A stretch of 55,389 nucleotides of DNA, from contig JYFJ02002591.1 in NCBI GenBank assembly GCA_000934665.2, forward strand, positions 1 to 55,389, in the 5' to 3' direction. Position numbers and translations under genes: made by a program. The stretch's first letter is position 1, and the number at the start of each line of letters is the position of its first letter. The stretch is from Catajapyx aquilonaris. Taxonomy: Eukaryota. The notes beneath the pieces are model-generated. The model worked only from the letters and a program-made list of their open reading frames with translations, was not told where the DNA came from and did not search any database. Below, in pieces: positions 37,401-49,424 of the stretch.

Positions 37401-37854
37401 CAGAATTAACTTGGCCCCAACACAATATTGACCTCGCTGTATCTCGAGAACGGTTGCAGCACAAACGCCCATATTCGAGCACAAATCAGCACAAACGTAG
37501 CACAAACGATTGCCATCGTTAAAATTTTGAAATTCGCTTTATTTCGAAAGCGTTAAACTGGCCCAACCAAATTAAAAGTGCTATAGCGTTGAAACCAAGC
37601 CAGCACAAACGCTCATATTCGAGCACAAATCAGCACAAACGTAGCACAAACGATTGGCACCGTTGAAATTTCGAAATTCGAAAGTGGTTGGGCTACCGTT
37701 AAACTGGCCCAACCAAATTGAAATCGCGATAGCGTTGAAACTAAACCTGCACAAACGCCCATATTCGAGCACAAATCAGCACAAACGTAGCACAAACGAT
37801 TGGCATCGTTGAAATTTTGAAATTCGAAAGTGGTTGGGCCAGTTTAACGGACAT
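34473..37854. mobile_element. Foldback/MULE-type element with long, internally repetitive TIRs
   Basis: 9-bp TSD gcaccctgg (34464-34472, 37855-37863). 34473-34965 is the ungapped reverse complement of 37362-37854. Arms built of ~120-170-bp modules rich in TTTGTGC; left array extends to ~35505. Confidence 0.9.
36899..37332. repeat. Perfect 89-bp inverted duplication (36899-36987 / 37244-37332)
   Basis: atgtgaggtagtatcg...gtctcgaatcgtg and its exact reverse complement, 256-bp spacer. Confidence 0.95.
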
Positions 37855-38451
37855 GCACCCTGGTTTCAATCCACACCAAATGCTGTTCTCCTGTGGCCCT
37901 CGCCGCCTCGCGAATGAGAATTGGAGCTCAGTGTCAAAAGATGATGATGATAATGATGAATATGATGATGATTTCGTGACGACGACCTGATGCGTGGGTG
38001 CTCCTATACATATTTTAAAAAGGTATAAAAAATTAATTTCAATATGTTATTCGTACCGTCAGACGGGGTGAACTTGGTCCAAAATTTCCGTTTTACGAAG
38101 ATATTAAGCGTGAAGATATTAACCCACAACTGTGAAATTTTTTATTAGGTGTTAGACCACGCTGGCCAAAAGGGCGAGTACAATTAAAAATTTTCTGTTC
38201 ACAATGGTGCGTATAGGCATGGCGTCATAGCCAAGTCCACCCCAACCGATGGGGGTATACTTGACCATCTAATTTTCCCATTACAAATGCCCTGTGCGGG
38301 AAACGAGTTCTGCTAAGAATGTTTTAATTTGTTTTTAAGGAACGATATTCATATAAGCCGTAATACATATTCTCATGAGTTTTATTAGTTCATATGTTGG
38401 GTTAGCTTGCGTCTCCCTTCATCACTGACTACCCCTCATAGGGAAATGTCA

Positions 38452-38484
<33 letters not shown>

Positions 38485-39409
38485 AATACATATTACTTTG
38501 ATATTACCACCAGCACTGACCGAAGCAGTAGTGGTGGAGTGGATATGGTGTCCGACTGCTTCTGCTTAAGTTAGAATATATTGCATTTTAGTTAAGATAA
38601 GGGTGCCAGTAGCGATGGTCTCAACTGTCAGTTCATGTCGTTATAGGTCGTTATAGGACTATATCTTAACAAGAAGCAGCTCTTCGATTACCAAGGCTAA
38701 TGATAGCTATATCATTCAACCCTGACATTATGGAGCACACGTGTAACGTTGTATAAAAACGACATGATACCCCGTGGGAAACGGCATATTCAGACCTCAG
38801 TTTTTATATGCACTGCAGCACCGTAAGTATAGTTGTAAGTGACCTCTCCGGCCAGTGGTATAAGCCTTGCCACCAGGAGCCATCAATGGTCCGCGAAATC
38901 ACTGACTTCAGCATATTATTGTTGAAGTCGGTGATTTTTCGGACAGGTGTCCGAAAACAGTGGTTCCCGGTCGCAAGTATGCTCGCCACCTCCCGCACAG
39001 GTCATTTACTTCTGACATGAAAGTAGGCCATTATCAGTTCAACAGTCTCTTCGTACACAGCTGTGCCTTGGAGAGCTGCAGCTCTCCAAGGCGCCTTCTC
39101 AAAATATCCTTCTCCCCTTACGGAAGCGCTTATCAACTGCTGGGGATTGCTCATTGCTGATGGGTTGCATGCTCGTATCACATTTCATTGACATTGTTTG
39201 CGGACACTGTTCTGTCCTTAGCATCGGTGATTGACTGAGGAACAGCAGGTGGTTTCGAGGGAGGTCGTAATGTGGCGCCACGGATAAAAGTATATAATAA
39301 TAAAAATAAATAATAATTTATTGGCGGGGTAGTGCTTGACCTCCTTAAGAGGTATGTAGAACGCACCTTTATTTATACCGTTGTATATAGTACGATACAT
39401 ACTGGAACC

Positions 39410-39680
39410 TTCAACGAAGCACCCGGACCCACGGGCAGCCCTGGTGACTGATGGTAGGGGATTTGCAATGTGCAGTGCAATGTCTCAAACGGTATATTTT
39501 GTGAACTCCCCCGGGTGGATTAGTCTAGCGGATATTCCGCCCGAGACGAAGCCAGAAACGACCCAATAACTCTGCACGAGATGAAGGGGGGAGACCCCGG
39601 GCTGGGATCGAACCCGGGACCCTTCCATTCGTGGGCGCACACGTTACCGTATATAGCACCACTCCGCCTCACCTGCTGGT
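39410..39680 (-). mobile_element. tRNA-SINE family C
   Basis: Collinear with 25430-25678. Confidence 0.8.
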
Positions 39681-39904
39681 GAATAAAGGTATAAGTGCAC
39701 GACATGGGGGCATGTAGAGCCATTGACAATGGCTCTGTGATGCACCCAGTAAGGGGCGTGATGCTGGTCAGTGTGCATGTATTTTTTTGCACGTTTTTCG
39801 GGTGCAGGGAATTTGATTGTAGGCCTATACCAATAATATAGGTACTTGCCCGAACCCAAAGACCCCCAAAAAGTGGAGTGGTGGGGAACTGAACAAAATG
39901 TGAC

Positions 39905-40255
39905 AATTTTTTTTACGTTACCCCGTGATAAGGCGGAGCCTTTTTAGGGGGGCGGCACACCACCATCAGTTTTCTTTCTATATATTATACTTTTCTTCAT
40001 TCACCGGTGCACGGAATCAAGGATATTGGGTAAGGATAGGGATTTTCGGGGAGGGAACATAGGTGCAAGTACAGTGTCTGAAAAGGGGTGTTCCCAGGAG
40101 GTTAGGTTGCCAGACACCTCAAACGACCTCCAAGGTGCACGTCAGAGACCCTCCTGACGCAGGTGAAAGGAAAACTCCCCAGCAGGCGAGGATCAAACCT
40201 GGGGCCTTTCACTCAGCAAGCCGAGACCTTACCATCTCGGCCATTTACACCTCCC
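39905..40255 (-). mobile_element. tRNA-SINE family D
   Basis: Head with tggccgagatggtaagg (A-box) and ggtttgatcc (B-box) on the minus strand; 3' tail cccccctaaaaaggctccgccttatcacggggtaa plus A-run. Confidence 0.7.
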
Positions 40256-40291
40256 CAAAAATTTGTATTAAGATTATCTGGACTTTTAAAA

Positions 40292-41010
40292 GGATATATA
40301 GTTATGAATCATAACAACAGAGCTAGGAGGACATCAAAATTTAAGCTGATTTGACAGTTAACACCTGAAATATACTGAAAATATGATCACACCTTGCGGG
40401 ACAGTGAGTTTCTGTGGGGTGTGTTAAAAAGCTGCCACTACGTTTGTTACTTAGCAGGACACTAATTTTAATGATGAACCCGAGGTGTCACACAAACCCG
40501 GACACTGCATTAAAATTAATTACAAAAAATTTACTGCTGAATTTACAAATGTTTACCATGGCTTGCAGATGTGAAATTTTCGGTCGGGGTTTTTAACACC
40601 ATTTCACATTAATTGAATTGAAATTTTTATCATTCGTAGTTAATTTGACTGAGGTGTATGGGCCTAATGGGTGTAATTTGACAATGGCATCACATTTTTA
40701 TTGATTGATCAATAATACCGTTAACTGCGGTTTTCTGAAGACGTCCACGGGCCAAAAACGTTTTTAATGCAGTGGTAGCCTATAATTTATTTTAATTAGT
40801 TTCAATGCAGTCCCCGGGTTTGTGCGACCCTTCAGGTTCATTATGGATCCTGCTAAGTAACAAACGTAGTCGCTGCATTTTCTTTTACCACGTCCGACAG
40901 AAATTCACTCTCCAAGGTGCAGTCATATTTATGTCAGTTGTTTAAAATGTCAAATTAACTCTGACTTTGGTGTCCTTCTAGCTCTGTTGTTACGATTCAT
41001 AATATTATCC
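40292..41010. mobile_element. Old MITE with ~240-bp imperfect TIRs
   Basis: tatgaatc.taacaacagagctag...actacgtttgttacttagcagga...cacaaacccgg..actgcatt versus its reverse complement at 40780-41010. Confidence 0.75.
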
Positions 41011-42704
41011 ATTCTAATGTCCACAAAATGTTATACTGAAGTTTTAAATCACATTTTGTTCATTACCCCACACCACTCCACTTGTTTTTGGGTTAAGGCA
41101 ATTTCTTTGGGTTTGAGCAAGTATTACATGTATGATTTTGCACACAATATGGGAAATGGTAAAAACCCAATCATATAACATAATTATGTACAGTACATCA
41201 AATGAAGAGAAAGACGAGGAGAATGCGGAAGTGGAATTTGTTTTCCTCTATAATGTAACCATTGGAAGAATGTGAGTGGCAGTCCATTAGTCACATGCTC
41301 AGTCGCATGTCCAAATATTGACCCCAACAACACTGTTCGACAAAGGTATTTTTTCTCGGGTTATGATATGTGTTTCAATAAGTGTTTTCGCCACTGATTC
41401 CAAATCTGTAATTAGAATTGTGCTGTCAGGCACTTACTGCCTAAACTTCTTATAAACTTAGTGCATTTACTTCATTTACTAATATATTTATTTATTTTAT
41501 TTTTATTTTTTATTTATTTTACCCCATTAGCTGGCCAATTGGCCATTAATTTACTTATATATATATATAGACTACCTATTAGTAAATGCAGTAAGTTTAT
41601 AAGTTTAGGCAGTAAGTGCCTGACAGCACAATTCTACTTACAGATTTGGAATCAGGGCTAAAGTACTATATGAATCACTATATTAACAACACTATTAACA
41701 TCTTCAGAAAGAGCAAAAAGGTTTTTTGTAGAAGAGTGCAATTAACGGCATATTTCCAAAACATAACCATCTAATTTTCTCGCAAACCATGCATGACCCA
41801 GCCTCAAACTTAACATACTTAACCTTATGTCGGTCACAACTAGTGTCACCAAATATGACTGATACAAATGCATCACTAATTGTTGAGGTCACAATTCTTG
41901 GTCATGTGACGGAGCAAGTGGCCAATTAAATGCCATAAAAATTTATTTTTACATTTGAGAGGAAAACTAATTCCATAGGCGAATTTTCCGTGGCGTTTCC
42001 CTTTCTTTTAATATATATGTTCATTTGGTTTTGATCACTTCCACTAACTGAAAAAAAAAATCCCCGCAAAAGGCCTCATTTTCAGCCATTTCCAGGTTTT
42101 CGCGATTTTCCCCCTCATCATGGTATCGCGAAATATGGCTGAAACTTTATTAGCAGCATTAAGAAATAGTTGAGTACATCTGCGATTGTTTTCACCAAGA
42201 TCCGAGACGGTCTAGCAACATTTAGGCCCCCTTGATTCGGAAAGACCCCTAGTAATCCGTTCCAAACTTTAAAACGATATATCTCAAAAACTGTACCTGA
42301 CAACACAATTCTAATTACAGATTTGGAATCAGCGGCGAAAACACTTATTGAAATACATATCATAACCCGAGAAAAATACCATTGTCCAACAGTGTAATGG
42401 TTCAGGGTTAATGTAAATTGCTTCATCATGCGTGGTAACCCTGCCATCCAACATTTTTTTTTTTTTTTTGGTATTCTTCCAAATTTGCAGTCAACTACAG
42501 GTTTTACTAAGCTTTTTTTAATTGTCGAAAGAGGTCGGGCTTGATCCTAAATAAATCTACCGTCCAGCCAAGCAGACAAAGGCCCTCTCAATATGCAGTG
42601 GAAGCCACCTGCTGATTCCATCAGATCCAATTAGGTACGAGTATATATTTTTTTGCAGTTCCTATTATTATTTTGTGGTAAGCAGTTCATTGTTGTTCCG
42701 TAAA

Positions 42705-43605
42705 TACGCCGCTTATTGTTGCCCAACAATTCATAACAAGTGTTAAATTGCATGAACTGTTCTATCCCATATCACAGTCTGTCTGAAGGTGAAGTATAAG
42801 GTCGGTGCCTATAGCGGAAAGGAAAGATGAACACGTTCGCACGGCCGAAGAGAATCACCAGAAGAAGTAACATGACCGAGATGGAATGTTATGTCTTACA
42901 ACGACTGGATGGGTATGGTTTCAATCTAGTAGAATGGGCTGTCTGGTACCCGATGGAATGCGCCAATAGGCTCATGCAGCTGGGTTATATGAACCGAGGC
43001 CTCCTCGGCCTGACACGACAATCTTTGGAAGCCGATCCCTTTTTCTGCCTAATGGTTGTCGCAGTATATTGCCTTCATAATGAGTCAGGATGGGTTTCTC
43101 GGATGCTATCGGGGTTTGACTCCTCGTATATCCTCGTACCACGCTGGTCAGGTTACTAGGAGTAAAACTCCGATAGCATCTGAGAAACCCAATTCTGACT
43201 CATTATGATGAAGGCAATGTACTGACAATTAGGCAGAAAAAGGGCTCGGCTTCCAAAGATTGTCGTGTCACGCCGAGGAGGCATCGGTTCATATAATATA
43301 ACCCAGCTGCTGCATGAGCGTATTGGCGCGTATTCCATCGGGTACCATCAGACAGCCCATTCTAATATACAGTAGATTGAATCCATACCCATCCAGTCGT
43401 TGTAAGATATAGCATTCCATCTCGGTCATGTTACCGGTACTTCTTCTGGTGATTCTCTTCGGCCGTGCCAACGTGCCCATCTTTCCTTTCCACTATATAG
43501 GCACCGATGCTACCTCACTTTCAGACAGATGATATGGGATAGAACAGTGTTGTCATGAAATTTAACCCTTGTTATCAATATTGTTCGGCAACAATCAGCG
43601 GCGTA
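42705..43605. repeat. ~900-bp imperfect palindrome (arms ~42705-43125 / 43158-43605, ~33-nt loop)
   Basis: Arms align throughout with scattered substitutions and short indels; both give the peptide ARPKRITRRS..NMTEMECY.LQRLDGYGFNL on opposite strands. Confidence 0.9.
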
Positions 43606-44895
43606 ACTAGGGTATGGGAGAATGGCACGCGGTGACCTGGGCTCCATTTGAGCTATCGTCGGACGGTTAAAATCGAATTTTCGGTAGATGTATGGGATCT
43701 TTACACTAAGGTATGTAGCAAAAATCAACTTTTTGTACGCGGGTATTCATGGCATTTCCATGTTCCGTATAGGGCACTCGTAAGTCATAATGACCAATCA
43801 TTTTGTCCGAACTTTTTTTTAAGCGTGCGGGGCAGTCAGAAAACCAAAGTCTCGAAATATAGCCGGTATTTCCGCTGAATCGATGTTGCTAGATCACCTC
43901 GGATTTTGCCGAAAGAAATCACAGCTACACACCTATGACGTTTAACCATAAGTGTCAACTTTCAGCCATATTGCGCAATACCGTGGGAAGAAAAGAAATC
44001 GCAAAATTTTGGAAGGGGCTGAAAATTATGATTTTTTGGGGGGATTTTAAAAGGTTAGTGGCAATGGTCAAAACCCAATCAACATAATTATATATAGTCT
44101 AGGCCTACATCAAATGAAAGAGAAAGACGAGGAGAATGCGCATGTGGGATTTGTTTCCTCTAAATTGTAACCAGAAAAATGTGCGCTGCATTCCATTGGT
44201 CACATGCCAAGTCGCATGTCCAAATATTTTGACCCCAGCAATTAGTGATGCATGAGTTAAAGCAAGGAAGGCCCGGTTGTAATTTTTATGAGTCGTGTCA
44301 TTTGTCAATTGAAATATTAATGAACTTTTGACTGGTAGGCATATGAGTTTCATATCCAGTGACGCTGAGGTCTAGGCTACTTGTTAGGTGGGTCATGTGC
44401 CCGTGGTCATGTGCGAGGTCATGTGAAGTTGAGGTGGTTTCGAGCGAGGTCGTAAGATGGCGCCACGGATCAAGGTTGGTGGAGTTGGTGGAGTTATAGG
44501 AAACAGACGCTAGGTGGCTAAACATCGAATCAAGGAAAGCAGTGCCGTGCACAGGATTGGTAATATTCATTCTGCTCTGTGATTGGTTTTCCTCCGCATG
44601 ACGCGTTTGGATCACGGGCAGTCGCAACAGTTCAAAAGGGCTGCGGCTCTTTTCAATCTCTTGCACATTGTGCTGCCCTACTATACTACTGACTTTACTT
44701 TACTAACTCAGTAACCCTATAGCCGTGACAACTTGACCGAATCTTGAACAAAGGGGTGAAAATTCGGGACGTCTAGTGACCTTATTCTGGAGGCCTGGAG
44801 GGGATTATCGCGAGCCTGACCTGTACGTCCTGAATATGTGCATTGTTAAAATCAAATATAGTCAAGAATTTTTGCCACCTCCGATAGCCAGTGCG

Positions 44896-45745
44896 ATAAA
44901 GTGCTATTTTCGAAGAGCTGGGAACATTTTGTTTCCTGTGCCAGTCACATCATTTCGTTAGTTTTTAATTTGTCATGATCGCGATAAATACTCTTAAAAT
45001 TCGAACTAAATACCCGGTACTCTAACATAAAAATATAATGTCACATGCATATAATATAACACTGAAAAGGTAACTTGATATTTGCATGTCGATAAGTCAT
45101 TGAATTGAACAACTGATGGGAGGGGGATTGCTTTTGTTATAATTTAAAATAGTTTATATCATATAACAACAAAGGATAAGGAGTTTATCCTATTCCTGAT
45201 CGCCGTAGGTTCATAAAAATATATATATAGAACTAATTTGTAGTCATACATATGGCCATAAAGCGCCACATTTCCCGTCTGTATGCGTGTCTCATAAGCT
45301 TTGCGTTGAAAGCAAAGCAGAGCGTGGTCTCATGACGTCACACAGAGTTGTTGCGCCATGACTTTTTTTTCCCGCGCATTCAGTATTGCGTTTCCTTTCT
45401 TTGGTGATGGTCGCCATGGGGAAGACAATACATGTCAGTTGGCAACGTTGTTGGCGGTGGGACATAGGCTTCACGTGTTTGAAATCTGACCTGCGGCGTC
45501 GGTGTGGAGTCTGCTAATTGGAAGTAGGTGTCAGATCTGCGAGACGTTAAGCCTAAGCCTACCCGCCGTCGGCTGTGGGAGGGCCTGTTTGGAGCTTAGG
45601 AGGTAACCACCAGTTGCAGAGTACCGGGTATTTAGTTCGAATTTTAAGAGTATTTATCGCGATCATGACAAATTAAAAACTAACGAAATGATGTGACTGG
45701 CACAGGAAACAAAATGTTCCCAGCTCTTCGAAAATAGCACTTTAT
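44896..45745. repeat. Perfect 128-bp inverted duplication (44896-45023 / 45618-45745)
   Basis: Exact reverse complements around a 594-bp spacer, no TSD visible. Confidence 0.95.
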
Positions 45746-46048
45746 AGGTAATGTCCAGCTGCAGTGCGAACGATGTTCTGAAGCAGCGACAGTATAGTTG
45801 GATAGGAGTAGTGTGCTCTAGCCTTCAATTCTAGTCCTGCACCACCGCGAGCATGTGCTGCCAGGTCGAGTTTGACCTGACCAGGATGCAAGTGGTGGGC
45901 TGTTGATAACTGTGCATAATGGACCCTGGATTGAGTGTAAATTTAGTCATTGGGGAACAGGTGGCTGGCAGTTTTTAAGGCATTTCTGTAATGTAAAAGT
46001 GAAACCCGTTGAATATCAAAAGGTCTTGCAGGATGGAGTGACTGCGCA

Positions 46049-46332
46049 ATAAATAATAATAATAATAAATAATAATAATAATGGATACCCTGTGATAGGC
46101 CCCTTGGGCCTCTTAGGGGATCATCTTTTGAATAACTGACTTTAATCATTTGCCTGTAATGTGATGGATTTTGATAGTGGGAGGAAACGGGAGAACCACG
46201 AGAAAACCCATGCGAACACGGAGAGAACCCATCGAAACTTGATCCACATAAGTAGCCTATCCTCCGTCCAACCCGGGGATCGAACTCGGGACCTTAGAGG
46301 TGGAAGGCTGCGGCGCTAACCACTCGGCCCCC
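46049..46332 (-). mobile_element. V-domain tRNA-SINE with (TTA)n tail and TSD gtgactgcgca
   Basis: Head ggccgagtggttagcg...gagttcgatcccc; V-domain-like ttctctccgtgttcgcatgggtttt...cccgtttcctcccac; 11-bp TSD. Confidence 0.88.
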
Positions 46333-46354
46333 GTGACTGCGCACAATAATGCAA

Positions 46355-46480
46355 TGCCGTCAGATGTAAGAAGACCGTAACTGAAAAACTAGTAAGCCTC
46401 AGAGGGGATTAGTGCAGGGCATGCATGCGATTTTCACCCTGACTAGTTTTTGAGTTACGGTCTTCTTACATCTGACGACA
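46355..46480. repeat. Short palindromic MITE
   Basis: cgtcagatgtaagaagaccgtaact.aaaaactagt / actagttttt.agttacggtcttcttacatctgacg. Confidence 0.85.
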
Positions 46481-46588
46481 GTGCAGGCTTTGCACTACTT
46501 AGAAAAAGTGTGACAGAGCTTGTGCACGTGGCATATATTAAACAGGTAATTATGTGGTAGGTGACTGTTATATTGAATGACTAGTAGG

Positions 46589-47000
46589 CAGTGGCGGACT
46601 GGCCATATGGGCATATAGGCAATGCCCGGTGGGCCGGGCTGGAGAAAAGGAAGAAAAAACTCCCACCCACCTAAAAATTTGAAAGAAATTTGGCTCATGC
46701 GGCATGAAATGTTTGAAATTACTAATTCATGATCGTTTGGAAAAAGTGCTACCAATTTCATCAAATACACCCATTCAAATCTCCTACATTCACCTAAGCT
46801 CGTGTGACCTTGAACCCCCCAAAATATTTGCGCCAGCGGCGGGCTTGCTCCCCGCGCTTTACAGCTTCTTCACCTAGTGCTTATGGAAACCTCCCGCGAA
46901 TTTTTTTTCTGCGTACTATCCTGATTGAACTATTGATAAACAATGGGCCGGTCTGATAGGTGACATGCCTGGGGCGGTTTTAAGACCCAGTCCGCTCCTG
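46589..47000. mobile_element. hAT-type MITE
   Basis: TIR cagtggcggactgg / ccagtccgctcctg; exact 8-bp TSD ctagtagg. Confidence 0.9.
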
Positions 47001-47587
47001 CTAGTAGGGGACCTGTTCTTCGCACTGGTGGAATGCCAATGCTCTATCCGTCCTCTACGCAAATCTTAGGTAGGAAATAGGTCTGGAATGGCCTGCAGAA
47101 TAGATGAGGACTAGGTACCGAATGGCTACGGAATATCTGTGGTGTGGTGCACATCAGGTAGCTTCCCACCCATCCAAACAGATTGCCAGAATTGCCACAG
47201 ACCAGGGAAATCCTATCTTTTGGGTATATACGTGGGTTGTGTTGGTCACATGGACTAACCCAGATTAGGGCAGATGTTTGCTACCAGTGGTTGTCATTTG
47301 ACATACGACATTCATCGCTGTCTAGTGGAGTGTATGGTCCAGAGATATCATGTCTGAGCAAATGGTGTGACAATATGGTGCCAGCAATTTCGGAATAAGC
47401 TCACAAGCGTGAAGGACAACCAGAGACCCTGACTACCAGCCAGGGCAATTACCGACAGTGTCCTCAAGTGTCCTAACTTTTGCCTTAGTCCGTGTGACCA
47501 ACACTCTCTGTCTGGCATGACATTTTCTGGCGGAATGTGGGTGTGCACGCTCGGCTCACCACTCAGTCTCGTCTGACGGCTGCTGCA

Positions 47588-47890
47588 CCTGTGCACAAGT
47601 TGCAAGAAGGTGCCTCCGTGTCCTATGAAGTAGAGGAAGGATCAACATTCCTGCCCATGCTCGTTTTTATCGTCGCATGGCGTTGAAACTGTAGTAGCCC
47701 GGGTTGTATTTTAGGTGGGATTAATCCCATCTGATGGTGGTCTTATAATACTCTTTCCCCCCCCCAATTTTATGTGCACATGTGTAAGCTGCAAGAAGGC
47801 ACCGACTTGTCCTTTCAAGTAACAGAAGGTTTGACGTACCTGCTCATGCTCGTTTTTACCCTGTCCTTTGCATGGTGGCGAAACTGTGGC
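47588..47890. repeat. Diverged ~110-bp direct repeat (47588-47695 / 47772-47890)
   Basis: tgtgcaca..tgcaagaagg...tgtcct...gaagg...cctgc.catgctcgttttta...gcatgg...gaaactgt. Confidence 0.7.
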
Positions 47891-48653
47891 ATTGCAAAAT
47901 TTATTATTTTTCCTACTAGCCCTCGTACATCTGAAAAAGAAGCATTTGACAACAGCCCATCATCGAATGTATGTCACAATAACTTATCTGGAACTTGATG
48001 TGAATATTAGAAAATAATGAAGCATGGAGGTTTAGTGGATAATCAGGAAAATTTGGGAAGATAAATACACTGTACTCCCAAATATCCGTGCATCGGCAAA
48101 ATGAAAGAAAATAAATACAAGTCCATAAAAATATAAATATTTCTTGCAAAGAAATATAACAGATCCCAGAAGACAAACAAAAAATGTATGGCAAATTTCA
48201 TTGTTTTGATTAAGCAGTAGAGTATGTGCAGTACACTTAAAACCTCTGAACAGCTCATATTTCTGGTATGTGGAATCATTTTCAGATTATCTGTCTTTCT
48301 GTTTATCTGGGCACACCCATGCATTCATTAGCACGGATAATAATCGGGAGTACAATGTATGGAATTCACTTGAATTTAACTGGTAATTTGCATATTCAGA
48401 GAACAAAGAGGTGGTTCTGCAGGTGCAATCTTAATAGTCAGATTGCCAGGAGGTCGTGGTTGGCAAAAGCCAGTAGAACTGACATAAGCCAGGCGCAAAT
48501 CATGCAATTTCGGTGCGACGTTGCCCCGATTTGTTGCATCGAGACAGCTTTTGGACGACCATACATCACATTACACACCTGATGCAAATCATGCAATGTC
48601 AATGTGATCTCAGGCGCGGAATTGCAGTACAGTACTCCATTATTTTAGGGAAG

Positions 48654-48933
48654 CAACCGAAGCAGGTTGGCATAGTGGATAAGGCGTCCGACTGCTAATT
48701 GGGAGGTCCTGGGTTCGAATCCCGGGGCCGACAACTCTGACCGTGGTTTTCTGTGGTTTCCCATGGTCCTCCCAGGGAAATTCCGGAGTTGCTTCCGTAA
48801 TTAATAGGCCACAGCCGCTTCCTTCTGTCCCTATCCTATCCCAAAGATCACAGTAAAATGAAAAGCAAAGAGTTCCAGGCAAAACAAACTTCCCCCCTAA
48901 AGAGCCGATGGCTGATAAAACGGGGTATGAATT
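48654..48933 (+). mobile_element. tRNA-SINE family A, full length, 15-bp TSD
   Basis: A-box tggcatagtgg, B-box ggttcgaatcc, core ggccacagccgcttcctt, TSD attattttagggaag (48639-48653, 48934-48948). Confidence 0.92.
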
Positions 48934-49424
48934 ATTATTTTAGGGAAGTAATAATGCTCACAGTTCATGAATGTGGTCATTCTTGATCAATGTGTGCGTA
49001 CTATCCATGCTCCATGGGCCACTGGTACAACGTCACCGGCACGTCACATACTTTGGTACAGTATAGCCTAGTATTTACTCATTGCCAGCAAGTCACAACA
49101 TTAGCATGGGGCCCCCTACACTTGTGGGGGCCCTGGGCAAATGCCCAGCATGCTCATGAGTTAAGACGGCCCTCCTTACAACACTGTGTCGAAAATTCAC
49201 TCTGACCTGGGTGCCGCCATGTTGGAAATTGCATGCGATGGGGGGAGTTTTCAAGCAGTGCTGGAAACCTGCAGCATCCCTGCTACTTTGCAGGTAAGCA
49301 GCGCTCGCACCCTGTTCATGCAACCAGTCGCTGCAACATCACACTGACATTGCATGATTTCCATCCAGCCTTAGTTTGGTGTGTCTTACCTCTTGCGCTT
49401 CCCTGCAGTTAGGTTGGCCAGCTA

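Noticed and set aside
48654..48730. tRNA gene
   Set aside because: A/B boxes belong to a SINE head with body, tail and TSD; the same applies to the other tRNA-like heads
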